This document shows positions 41,921 to 55,200 of a stretch of 64,000 bases of DNA, in pieces; position 1 is the first letter of the stretch; each line of letters starts with the position of its first letter. Position numbers and translations under genes: made by a program. The notes under the pieces were generated by a model, which saw nothing but the letters and a program-made list of their open reading frames with translations, searched no databases and was not told the origin of the DNA. This DNA is from Bugula neritina. Taxonomy: Eukaryota; Animalia; Bryozoa. The stretch is from NCBI GenBank assembly GCA_964035545.1, contig OZ037769.1, positions 310,001 through 374,000 on the forward strand, in the 5' to 3' direction.

Positions 41921-43694
41921 ATAAGTAAAACTTTTCATATTAGTAAACTAGCTGTAGTGGTTTTGTAATCTTACAAAAGGGAGAAAAATTTCTTTTATTT
42001 TATGGACAGCTAGCAACTTAGTTAGCATGTGACAAGCAAGACGACTTCCCATAACACTAACACCAATGGTCACAAGTGATGATAAATTACTGTGTGCTAC
42101 ATGAATATATTATTATATTATTTAATAATTTGTTTAAAAACTTTTTATTTTCTTTTTGAAACGTGTTGCTCTGTATTTCGCATTTTTCCTGTGCAACAAG
42201 TATATATCTGCATGTGCATATGTATGTATACACATATATATTGTTGTGAATTTATGCTGCAGATATAAATTACAGTGGGTAGTTATGAAAATTACTGCTC
42301 AAACGTGTATACTCTTTGTGCATGGGAGAGTTAGAGAAGTGCTGTGAGATTATAATTCACTGAGCGTATATAATCCAATTGTTTATTTACATCTAAGGGT
42401 GAGTTTAAAAATAACTTCGCTACAAAAAGTACACAAGTATAACTAACTGCGTAAACTGGGTAACTCCAATATCCAAGTCCAAGCCTAAAGTCACAATGTG
42501 GGGGCGTGGTGTCTGTGTTATATAGTTGCGCAGCCTCTGCAATCATGCCAGCCGTTGTTGGTAGCCAATTAGGATCAGGCAAGCATTAGGCATTAGTTGA
42601 GTCATTACGTTTCCATTATCGCATTATGCGAATGGATTTTTTCATTCACCCTATAAGTATAGTTGCATCGAAGCAAAACCGCAGCCAGAAATTCAATCTG
42701 ACTCAAAGTTGGCCATATTAATTTACATTTTAATTTAGGCGGCACAATTGCAAAGAGAAGATAACTTTGTATCGATTGCATAGTGTAATAATCTTATGCG
42801 TAGAATGTTATGATTTGCTGCATGTAATTATTGGTGTGGGTTATTAGCTGATGGAACACAGTGACTCTTTGCTGAGAATATTTATTAATAAATAAATAAG
42901 AAAGTTTATACTCACTATCCTTTATTGCACTCCAATATATATATATCCAAAAAAATAGAAAAAGAGTTAGAGAGGATAACTCCTTACATCACCGTGGAAA
43001 ACTATATTTACTACTATTATTCTAGGTATAAAGTAAATAACTATGCGTTAGGTATACAAGTGTTCTTGCTTGTTGGCTCCGAGTTGTGTCTTCATCTGAT
43101 GCTGGCAGTCAACTGAATTCACTGGTGTGAGGGCTTCCTTTTATATGTTGGGATGTAACTAGTCTAGAAAGTTCCATGCGAATTCGAGGGAGTTCGCTCG
43201 AATCGCAGGGGATTCGGAGGGTCATAACAAAAGGTTCGCAGGAATTCGCTCGAATCGAGCAAATTTCGAGGGGAAATCCCAGTCATCATTAGTTATATAA
43301 GTAGCCCTATGCCTAGTTATGAACAACAGCTAATCCAGTCAGTACTATAATAACATGTAGCTAGGAACAATAACTAATCCAGTCATTACCATCATGACAC
43401 CTAGCTGTTAATGGACTGGGGCTATGCAACTGATACATTTAAGAAAAACATTTCATTCCATAGGAATGAAAGAAATACTAGTAAGGAATACACGCAACAA
43501 TTATTGAAGTATACACAATTTTACCCCAATAGGAACGTGTGGTTTTCCTTCGATGTAATCCGCACAGGCATTCATACGGATTCATTGGAAACAAAGTGAG
43601 TGTCCCATTATTGATGGGTGTCAAATAGCACTCCGGGCTATTTGCAATGCTAGCACATTCGATGCCTGAAGACAGTAAATGCCTGTAATTCACT

Positions 43695-43697
<3 letters not shown>

Positions 43698-43788
<91 letters not shown>
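43698..43788. repeat. (TA)n microsatellite adjoining the ribozyme element
   Basis: Directly visible. Confidence 0.95.
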
Positions 43789-43846
43789 CTCAATCTGTGG
43801 ACAGCAGCTGTTTCGGTAATTGTCCCCTCATCAGCACAGAACAGAG
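43789..43846 (-). ncRNA. Minimal type I hammerhead ribozyme
   Basis: Minus strand: CTCTGT-TCTGTG-CTGATGA-GGGGACAATTACC-GAA-ACAGC-T-GCTGT-C/-CACAGA-TTGAG. It has the conserved CUGAUGA and GAAA boxes, a GUC cleavage triplet, stem I TCTGTG/CACAGA and a near-palindromic stem III. Stem II is weak. Confidence 0.8.
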
Positions 43847-44090
43847 TACCATGGCCCACACCTTCGCAATAGTAGAAACTTATGTTTTTACTAAAGCATA
43901 TTTAAAAGGTGTGTAAACTCAAGCCAGAGAGCTCAAGTGACTCTAGGGGTCACCTAAGAGTCACGAGCCTTGCAAAATGCTAGCAGCTTGAGTTTGTGAC
44001 CATGGTGGGAGAGCTCAATCACTGAATGTCATTGCTGAGCATTAAGTGAGAGCATAATACCTCAATCTGTGGACAGTAGCTGTTTCGGGG
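43789..44090 (-). mobile_element. Non-LTR retrozyme / Penelope-LTR-like unit with 272-nt period
   Basis: Direct repeat CTCAATCTGTGGACAG(C/T)AGCTGTTTCGG at 43789 and 44061. The 44061 copy is the 3' half of a second hammerhead. Confidence 0.65.
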
Positions 44091-45537
44091 TTTGAAGTTA
44101 AAAATTTAGTGAAATCGAGTAAAGCAGCATATATATGAAGTATTTTTATAAATATAAACTCTCTTAAAGTTCAACAGAGTGGGTCATACATTTATATTAT
44201 GAATATAATTTAGTTACACATATTATATTTCATAGTACTTTGGAGTATGATATATATATATGCTATAATTCTCCTTGAGATCAGCTATTTACATAGCAGC
44301 ACAATTGTGTAATAAGGCTCTATGCAACAGTTTTTGCATTATATACTGTAACATCACAACTTACAGATTATCCTGTTTTTATTCTAGTTACTGGAAGATG
44401 CATTCTGCTTGTTTGCTTCACCAAACCTACAGGATTACTATGTTTTAATAATGTGTGCTTTGTAATAGATCTCAACCCAACAAACATATCTATAATCTAA
44501 AAACTCTGGTTATCAAGACCATACCAAGTACATAAAAACAAACACGAACAATGAGTAGTGATAGAAAGGAGTATTCAATACACATTAATCTCATGTGTGT
44601 TAAGTTACTAAGTATAATAAATTCCCTCTACAATAAACAAAATAAATAATTTACTTACAAAGAGTATACATTTTCCCAACAGCTAGGATTTGTATGCATC
44701 ATACTAAAAACATTCTTTGTTTAAGTTTTTTATATATACTTGAATATTTAATTTAAACAAAATAGTTTTAAGAATCAACACATTGCAGCTATAAAGTAAT
44801 TACTTCCACTATACATGTTCTTGGAGGTTTTGAGTCAAATATGCAGCAGCATGGTATACGTGTGGCACCAAATGCTAGTATCCTACTGTTTCAGTACTGC
44901 AGTTTATTTCTCGCATATATGGGAATAGCATATGAAATGAGATACTATATTCGATACATCAAAATCAATGTTTTATCTAAAGTAAAGTCAGTGATACAGT
45001 TATAATGAGAATAGTCAATTAGTTATTGCAAATAGCACTAAATAAAAGACAGTTGGTGATTGGTTAAGTTAGAAGAAAAACTATTTTGATGTTTCCTACT
45101 TAGATTGCTGTTTATTTGCTTACAAACCTTCAAAGCTGATGGCTCTCCTTGGCTAAAATTGAATCAGGCTGTAAGTTAACTGCTTTAGGTAATTAAAAGG
45201 CTGGGGGTCCCACTGGACCCCCTCATTTTGTTAGTTAACTTAAGTCTAAGATGTTCTGTGGCTCTGAAATTCAGCATTTTACTAAAACATTATGAGTGAG
45301 CATAGAAAATGAACTCAGCACAATTTGAACTGAAGTAGGCCTACTCTAAACTGATTGGCTTAAGAATGGCTTTGGTTATGTAACTACTCCATTATTACCA
45401 TCAGCTCTACAGCATGTTATTGTATTGATTTCTAAATTATTTATTTATGTATTTACTACATATTGACATTCAAACACAAGGAAAATTGATAAACATTTTA
45501 CATTTGATACATGAGCTTGCATGTCTAACAAAATATA

Positions 45538-47440
45538 ATGTATAGTGTAAACCTAATTTGTGTTCTAGCAGGTGAGTCGTTGTATAAAATAAATTTTTTT
45601 AGTAAATCCATAATTAAATATTCATGTAGAATAACCAGATTTATTCACTACAAAAGTTGAGTAAAGTTTTACAGATTTACAATATTCATTTATTTAGATA
45701 ACCAAATGCACCTAATTGCAGAGCTTTGGTTTGAGAATACAAGCTTCTATGTATTTAAATGTCCTTTTACCATGAAGAAAAAGTGCTTGCATCTAGCATA
45801 AGCAAACAGTTAGTTGAAAAACTTATTAAGCATAACAGTGATGTACTTTCACTACTCCCTAAATTATGTGTTAATATTATGTGTTTTTGAGTTACAGGAG
45901 TTGTGTCCTTGGTCGCCATGGTAACATCAACAGACAGCAACTTTACAGGGGCATACTACAAAATGGCTAATGTAAATCAAATCAACCTTGACCTAGTAGC
46001 TGGACAGACTATCTTGGCTGGACATAAAGCTGGTTGTGCCATGGAGTGTGCCAACAAAGATTATGGGTGTCTGGGGTTTCTCTACGACAGCAGAAATGAG
46101 AGTTGTTTTCTCATGTCTTGTGTTAATTTAGAACTGTCTACGGACAATTCTGGAAACACAGAAGTAGACTTCCTGGTCAGAATTGATTTGACTTTTAGTC
46201 ATCTGTTAGCTAGAGGTAATTATATGAGTCATATGTTAGCTAGAGGTAACTATATGAGTCATCTGTTAGTTAGAGGTAATTATATGAGTCATCTGTTAGT
46301 TAGAGGTAATTATATGAGTCATCTGTTAGCTAGAGGTAATTATATGAGTCATCTGTTAGCTAGAGGTGATTATATGAGTCATATGTTAGTTAGAGGTGAT
46401 TATATGAGTCATCTGTTAGCTAGAAATAATTGTATGAGTCATCTGTTAGCTAGAGATAATTATATGAGTCATCTGTTAGTTAGAAGTAATTATATGAGTC
46501 ATCTGTTAGCTAGAGGTAATTATATGAGTCATCTGTTAGCTAGAGGTAATTATATGAGTCATCTGTTAGCTAGAGGTGATTGTATTAGTCATCTGTTAGC
46601 TAGAGTTGGTTATATGAGTGAAAACATATAGATACTGTTTAAGTTTGAAAAAGTTCAACTTTGAAATTGAAATGCTCTGTTAGTTAATGATATTTGTGTA
46701 AACCCACCATGGTTGGTTTGTTCATAAACATACTAAGAGAAATCCATAATCTACTTAGTGACTGTAAGGAGTCTATATTTGGAATGCACAGCTTGTATTC
46801 TGAATATAAAATCACACTCCCCATGTCTATGGTCTAGGAATTATACTTGTAGGTAAACCAGCATTTTCGTCTTCTGTAAAGTTTAATGATGAAACTCGCT
46901 GTGGTGCACAGAACGGTAATGATGGTATTTATCTCCCCTCTGATGCTGGTATATCTGAATCCAGCCAAATTGTCGTAACAACTGTAGAGCAGAATCCCTA
47001 CTGGAAAGTTGACCTGCTGGACACGCATTGCATTTGGGCTGTGCGAATACTAAATGCAGCGGAACGAGGTGAGAATTATCTTTCCTTGAATACTTCATTT
47101 CTGTGAAACTATTAATCCAACACAAGTTACACTTTAATACTGCATTAACCATTGGGGAGAGCTGATTAGCTTGCTTGTTTACTTTGTCTTTCTAATAGTA
47201 GATCTTTTTTCTTCAGATGGCTGGATTTATGTAGAGAATATTACAATAGCTGTGGCTGAAGAAGAAAAAGATCTAGAAAATTCCATGAACCTGTGTGCTC
47301 ACCACCCTGAAGTTCTGAACCAATACTATACAACACTCAACTGTACAACACCAATGACTGGCAGATTCCTTCAAATGACCATGCAATCCACTCATGATGC
47401 TAAACTGGTCTTTTACGAAATTGAAGTTCATGGCTTTTGA
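45538..47440 (+). CDS. PAN/apple-like + F-type lectin protein, copy 4
   Basis: Exons 45538-45571, 45898-46215 (using the first donor), 46853-47068 and 47202-47440. Close paralog of copy 2, including flanking DNA. Confidence 0.87.
46197..46616 (+). repeat. 14 x 30-bp in-frame donor repeat; several units have a mutated donor
   Basis: Same unit; variants AGAAATAAT, AGAGATAAT, AGAAGTAAT. Confidence 0.95.
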
Positions 47441-49228
47441 ATTATTGTTGCGTACAACATATCAAATGCTAACAATAGATAGATTAATTCCTAATTATTT
47501 ATGTTGTTATATTTAAAACTATGCTTGTCATTTCTTTAACCTTTATTCAGAATGTGTAATGCTTTCTAACTTTTAATCAAAGCTAAAAATTTAGTGAGAT
47601 CAAGTAAAGCAGCATTAAGTATATTTATAAATGAACTATCTTAAAGTTCAATAGTTCAATAGTTCAATAGTGTGGGTATGTGTTTATTTTTACCCAATGG
47701 AGATTATGACTGCAATTTAATCAAACATATATTTAGTTTACAGCACTTTGGAGTTCTTACATTGTATACTGTGACATCGCAACTTAAGGATTATATTTCT
47801 TTCTCTTACTGGAAGATGCATTATGTTTGTTTGCTCCATGAAACTTGAAGGATTACTATATGCTTTAATACTGTGCGCTTTATAATACTTCTCAACCTAA
47901 TAAACTCATCTATAATCTAAACTCTGTGGTTATCAAGACCAAATACATAGAAAAAAACACGATGAACAATAGTAAGTAATAGAAAGGAGTAGCCTATTCA
48001 ATACGCAAATCTCCTGTGTGTTAGGTTACTACGTATAACTTATTCCCTCTACAATAAGCAAAATAAATAATTTACTTACAAAGATGTATATTTTCCCTGG
48101 ACAGCTATACGATTTGCACTCATCACATTGAAACACTCTAGATTTTTTGTATTATTCTTGAATATTTGATTTAAAACCATTAAAAACATGTACGGTGAAA
48201 GTAAGTTGATAGGTTCACTTTGTGTTTCGATACATTTACTGACAAACCTTTGAGAATAACAGAGATTCATTAGAGTGTTGAAAATGGATACAAAGGTTGT
48301 TTACTAGCACCTTTTTACTTGGTGGAGATGAAATATGTAAAGTACTTCATTTGTACATTAGGCTAGTGTACAGCATAAAATTTTATAAAATGATATAGTC
48401 CTGTATGAAATATAGTGCAATTGATACAATTTAGTGTTATTTTATATGCTATATAACATTATAGTGCTCTGTGGGTACTACAGTATTTTAGCCCCAGTGT
48501 AATATGACAGTCTATATACTAGACTAAACTGCCATGGTAAAGGTAAACTGGTAGCACTACACTATGCAATTTCTTCTTTTTTATTGTTTTTATGAGAGAA
48601 AGTGAAAGTTTGACTGTCCATAGTTTACTACAGTTCAACCTATACAAAACTTGATATTATAACTCACTGTCACCTGTATCACTGAGGTTTTCTCTAAGTT
48701 ATAGAAACATAAAAACATAATATTTACTTGAATAACTTTTCCAATATTTTACTGCATTGTTAAATTTATATTAGCAACTTCAAATTCCTTTCTTGTTTAG
48801 TGAATTACCTATTTACTATTAACAACATTCCTGCTAATAACCTGGTAAACAAATAGCTATTCATTTCATAAGTTTGACAGCCATTTAGGAGTTGCTTCCC
48901 TCTGCATTATATAATACGTAGTCAATGTTGTGCTACTTATTTTACACATGTTGCTTTGCTGTAGGAGTTGTTGCACCTTGTATAATACTTGTACACTACG
49001 ATAATTATATTATAATATAGTCACACTAGAGAATGTATTTGCTGAATGATTCGTTGTTGCAAATATGAAATTCGGTTTCAACAAAAGTAGATGAAAAATA
49101 ATATCTATTGACAGCAAACTAGTTAAAACAGCAGCCATTATAAATCAAATGTGTAATAAAATATCCTTTATTTCAGTTAGAAATAAAACTACGAGTACAG
49201 CAACACTCAAAGCTTAGTTCCAATGAAT

Positions 49229-52200
49229 TTATTTCTTTCCCTTCTTTGTCTTTTTCTTCTTCTGTTGCTGTTTGCTGGCAGAGTAGCCCTTGGAGGAAGT
49301 TCCCACAGGCTGGGACACCGACTCAGAAGTTGACGAGTCCATTTTTGTGATATCCCTACAGGAAATCACCATATACCAGATGTGTCATACACCAGATGTG
49401 TCATATACTAGACGTGTCATACACCAGATGTGTCATACAGTAGATGTGTCATACAGTAGATGTGTCATACACTAGATGTGTCATACAGTAGATGTGTCAT
49501 ATACTACATGTGTCATACACCAGATGTGTCATACACTAGATGTGTCATACACCAGATGTGTCATACGATATACAGAATATAAACTTACAACTCAGGACCC
49601 CCTGCCACAGTGGCTCCTTGGCTTCCTTTTCCTACAATACAATAACACTTGAAACAAAACACGACAATATGTTTATCACAGTAAGAGTGATATTCACCTG
49701 AACTAAAGATTACTACACGCTGACGTATCACTCAGTACAGGCCCTAGCAGTCTTGAAAGACCTACCTATGGCTTCTTTACGCTTATCCCTTCTGTGACCT
49801 TTATAGTTTGACCTCTCTCTCCGTGGCAACCAGCGCTCCGGGTTGGGGTCAACATCGGGATTGTAGTCTTTAGGCAGCTTCCCTTTTCTCTTGCGTTTAG
49901 ATTTCTTCTTAGATACTATCAGTACATCTGATCTACAAATAATCAGTGAGTACTAGTTACTATACCACTCAGTGAGTACTAGTAACTCTACCACTCAGTG
50001 AGTACTAGTTACTCTACCACTCAGTGAGTACTAGTTACTATACCACTCAGTGAGTACTAGTTACTATACCACTCAGTGAGTACTAGTAACTCTACCACTC
50101 AGTGAGTACTAGTAACTCTACCACTCAGTGAGTACTAGTTACTATACCACTCCGTGAGTACTAGTTACTATACCACTCAGTGAGTACTAGTTACTATACC
50201 ACTCCGTGAGTACTAGTTACTATACCACTCAGTGAGTACTAGTTACTCTACCACTCAGTGAGTACTAGTTACTCTATCACTCAGTGAGTACTAGTTACTC
50301 TACCACTCAGTGAGTACTAGTAACTCTACCACTCAGTGAGTACTAGTTACTATACCACTCAGTGAGTACTAGTAACTCTACCACTCAGTGAGTACTAGTT
50401 ACTCTACCACTCAGTGAGTACTAGTTACTATACCACTCAGTGAGTACTAGTTACTCTACCACTCAGTGAGTACTAGTTACTATACCACTCAGTGAGTACT
50501 AGTTACTCCACTACTCAGTGACTCAGTAAGCAACACTGCCAATAAATAACAATTACTTGTCAAATGTGGTTGCTGCTTTCTCTTCTTTCTTAGCCTTGTA
50601 TTTGTTAGCCAGGGAGGCAGACGATTCCTCCAAGGCGTCCACATCGATGGCCTCTGCTAGACTCTCGATAGATGGCAGTTCATTGCTTATTCTGAGAACT
50701 TGGGCTAAGGACATAACTTCAGACATTGTAACTCTATTGAATTAAATACACAAGTCAAGTTAGAACTCATTGTACAGTGTGCACTCAGGCAGAAAGGATA
50801 CTTCTTTGCTTTAGGTGGGTCAAACTGAGAATAGGCTGCAAAGAGCATGCTCAGCACATTCCGGTTGTCGGGAGTCAGCTTTCTCAACTTCTCCAGAAAG
50901 GAGGCAGCGACACGCGGGTTCTTCAGCTTCAGTTGGAACTCGGCAGCCGACCTCAGAATGTGCGGAAAAGATGTGCCGTTTCTCTATAGAATATAAGGAC
51001 TGTATTCACATGAGTACAGTCAACTACTGTAATCACATGAGTACAGTCAACTACTGTAATCACATGAGTACAGTCAACTACTGTAATCACATGAGTACAG
51101 TCAACTACTGCAATCACATGAGTACAGTCAACTACTGTAATCACAAGAGTTCAAGTAGCATAAAACACACTCATTTCTTCGTTTTCCACTAAACCAAAGA
51201 AAAAGTGAAGGTACACAATTACCTCATTTTTTTCATACCAGGAAATTACATCATCAAAGAACTCTGACACAGAATCGTCTGCTCCCTGACTCATGTAGAG
51301 GCTGACTAGTAATGACACCTAGAAGAGAATATCCAGTACACATGCACTTATACACAATAACATTATATGACAGCAGCTTAATGCTCACTGGAACTGCTAG
51401 ATGAGATAATATAGAGTAAAACTAACCAAATAAACTCAAATTTCAGCTCCTAATGAGTCACGTCGACTCAGACTAGCGAAATAATGTGGCTGGACTTACA
51501 ATGGCGGGCTTGTAGGTGACGTGCCCGAGTTTCCTGAGCACCTGACACACTTGAGACGTGTCTCCGAGGCTAAGGTGAAGGTTAGCCAGTGAAAACTGAA
51601 CACTTAGACTCAATTCCTCAGACTCGGTGACATGAGACTACAAACAAGAGCAGATCTTAGGCTATAAGGAGGAAGGACAACTCCACTCTAGCCTAGACCA
51701 ACATGGTGTTGAACAGTATGCTGACCTTGAGTAACTCGAGTGCTGTCAGCTGCTGCCGAGACTTCACCATCAAACTGCTCTCTATCAGCACGGCCAGGTC
51801 GGTTACGTCAGCGTACTTCTTCCTGAGAGTCTGGCAGAGGTTTCTACAGACATCTACCTGGTGACACAGTATATGTACAGGTAAGTATATATATACTGTA
51901 TAACATATAACACAGTACACATACAGGTAAGTATATATATACTGTATAACATATAACACAGTACACGTACAGGTAAGTATATATATACTGTATAACATAT
52001 AACACAGTACACGTACAGGTAAGTATATATATACTGTATAACATATAACACAGTGTATGTACTGGTCAGAGTGGTTACCTGGTCAGAGTGGTTACCTGGT
52101 TAGAGTGGTTACCTGGTTAGAGTGGTTACCTGGTTAGAGTGGTTACCTGGTTAGAGTGGTTACCTGGTTAGAGTGGTTACCTGGTTAGAGTGGTTACCTG

Positions 52201-55200
52201 GTTAGAGTGGTTACCTGGTTAGCGTGGTTACCTGGTTAGAGTGGTTACCTGGTTAGAGTGGTTACCTTGTTAGAGTGGTTACCTGGTTAGAGTGGTTACC
52301 TGGTTAGCGTGGTTACCTGGTTAGAGTGGTTACCTGGTTAGAGTGGTTACCTGGGTAGAGTGGTTACCTGGGTAGAGTGGTTACCTGGTTAGAGTGGTTA
52401 CCTGGTTAGAGTGGTTACCTGGTTAGAGTGGTTACCTGGTTAGAGCGGTTACCAGGTTAGAGTAGTTACCTGGTTAGAGTGGTTACCTGGTTAGAGTGGT
52501 TACCAGGTTAGAGTGGTTACCTGGTTAGAGTGGTTACCTGGTTAGAGTGGTTACCTGGTTAGAGTGGTTACCTGGTTAGAGTGGTTACCTGGTTAGAGTG
52601 GTTACCTGGTTAGAGTGGTTACCTGGTTAGAGTGGTAGGCCAGCAGACAATTATTAACGTCAATAGACTTGAGCTGAGAGCTGGTCAACTTCTTGGACAG
52701 CTCAGGTGCTGTCGCCAGTTTCATCTTCTTCTTGCTGTCGAAGACGTTCTGATCCTACAAACACACTGAGTAGTTGGTTTCTACATACAACCACAATCAC
52801 CAACACACCATGACTGACAGCCTGACTGACACCTCTGTCAGCTCATAGATCACGTTGACACATTTCCTGCTGACAGTGATAACCTCTGACCCACCTGGTT
52901 AATGGTGACGGTGTTATTGGCAGCGACAGCGGTAACAGTCATGTCACTCGGCTTATTCTTAAACAGAGAGTTGTAGATCTTCAGAGCTTCATCCGTCTTC
53001 CCTAACATCTGCATGCAGTAGGCCAGCTGAACCCTGGGATATAGAGTATAACACTGTGTTACCTAGCAATAGCTATTCTATCACATTCTAATGTGTTACC
53101 TAGCAATGGCTATTCTATCACAATCTAATGTGTTACCTAGTAATAGCTATTCTATCACACTCTAATGTGTTACCTAATAATAGCAAGCTCATCTTCCTTT
53201 TCCTCTTCAGTCATGTCCTCATCTTCAAGGCTTTCTTGGCACAATTCTATGCAAAGTATTACACTGTGTAGTAGAGAGTACACTGTATAGTACAGAGTAC
53301 ACTGTATAGTACAGAGTACACTGTATAGTAGAGAGTACACTGTATAGCACAGAGTACATTGTATAGTAGAGAGTACACTGTATAGTACAGAGTACATGGT
53401 ATAGTAGAGAGTACATTGTATAGTAGAGAGTACACTGTATGGTACAGAGTATTTACTAACCTATTGCCCGGGTGAGCTGTGATTGGGCAGCTTCGTAGTC
53501 TTTCTGACCAATCAGGAAGCAGGCAGCATTATAGCACCTGTCGGAGTTGTCGTCAGCAGCGTCTGGGGTTACCTGAGAACATGAGAGGAGAGATTGAGTT
53601 ATATAGACTGAGAGATTGAGTTATATAGACTGAGAGATTGAGTTATATAGACTGAGAGATTGAGTTATATAGACTGAGAGATTGAGTTATATAGACTGAG
53701 AGATTGAGTTATATATACTGAGAGATTGAGTTATATAGACTGAGAGATTGAGTTATATAGACTGAGAGATTGAGTTATATAGACTGAGAGATTGAGTTAT
53801 ATATACTGAGAGATTGAGTTATATAGACTGAGAGATTGAGTTATATAGACTGAGAGATACTCACGAGGTCAGAGGTCGAGTTGGACAAACTGAGCGCTGC
53901 CGATACAGCAGACACATTGATCTGTCTCTCGTCATCGTAATCATCATTAGAATTCTTAACAACCTCTTTATAGAGGTTAATGGCACCTTCATAGTCTTCC
54001 AGTCTGTACAGCTAGAAGAAAGAAGACAACTCTTAATAGAGAGTATATCATGTAAAGTACAAGTATCATCAACTGATACATTATATCTCATGAAACGGGA
54101 GAGAAACTTACCAGCTGAGCCAGTAACTCCTTTCCTCGCAGGTCCAGTTTATCAGCACCTCTGAGAGTGGCCAAGGCGTCCTCATTCCTATACAGTCTGT
54201 ACTCACAGTACGCCTTCTCAAACACCATGCCACTCAACGCCTCGCTGTACTTGTTCAGGATGTCCAAGGCATTCTGGAAGTTACTCAGTTGAATGAGACA
54301 CACCACTTTATATCTGGCAGCGTCCGACTCACCTGGCGCTGCCTTCAGAACTGCAACAACAGATACTCAAACTTCTGCACTCTCACTTTTTGATCAGGTA
54401 ATTTCAACAGATATAGTGACAGCAACCAAATATAATGGGTATTGTAGCTAGGCAGTAGACAAGTAAACATGACAATTAGCACTTTGTTCGCTGCCTTAGC
54501 TGCTAGCTGCCTTAGCTGTAGTCTATATAGTTTCTTATTCATGTACAAAACATTGTGAGGAGAGATGTTTGCTATTAGGACACAATAAACCCAATTATAC
54601 ATTTCAACAGAGTAGATTTGCTAGCTAGATGGCGTCATCACAGCTGGAGACAATACAATAATCATATTATTTATATACATAATCTGTAAATTTGTCTTCC
54701 CACTTTATTGCAATATACTACTGGTAATAAGGTGAACAGCTAGTACTTGACAATGTTTTTTTAATTTAATACCAAAAAAAATTAACTTCAAGTTGTTTGG
54801 CCAGAACATGTATAAAACGATAAGAATCACAACTCAATCTAAACAGTAATAGGTTATATCCATATTTTTCAACATAACTTGCAAGCACATTTGTATGTTA
54901 AGTAATTTACTACCCAAGGCATATAGGAAAAATTTCATCTAAAGATTATTAAGAAAATCCCTTATCAAGTTAGTTAACATAATGTTTAGAAAATTAAATA
55001 TGAATGAAAAAGCTAAACTAACATAAAATCACTTCCACATGCATCACGATCATTACTATTATGAAAACATATACAAACATAACTAAACGCTTTTGACTTT
55101 GAGTAACTTCGAAGTCTTGATTCCTAATAAAAGTGACACACAATCAGTGAATCACAATGCATATCAGTACGAGTATAAACTTCGCAATAACTATCTAGAC

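Noticed and set aside
42806-43399. Solo LTR (TGTTATGAT...ATCATGACA ends, minus-strand TATA-like box)
   Set aside because: No target-site duplication or second copy is visible; suggestive only.
43660-43697. Additional hammerhead at CTGAAGA
   Set aside because: No downstream GAAA box or supporting stems.
51865-52055. Plus-strand CAG|GTAAGT donors suggesting an antisense gene
   Set aside because: No plausible plus-strand exon; explained by the 46-bp intronic repeat.
52061-52637. Interstitial telomeric repeat (GGTTAG-like)
   Set aside because: The 17-bp unit is a copy of the SRP72 exon 7 end plus donor, not (TTAGG)n or (TTAGGG)n.
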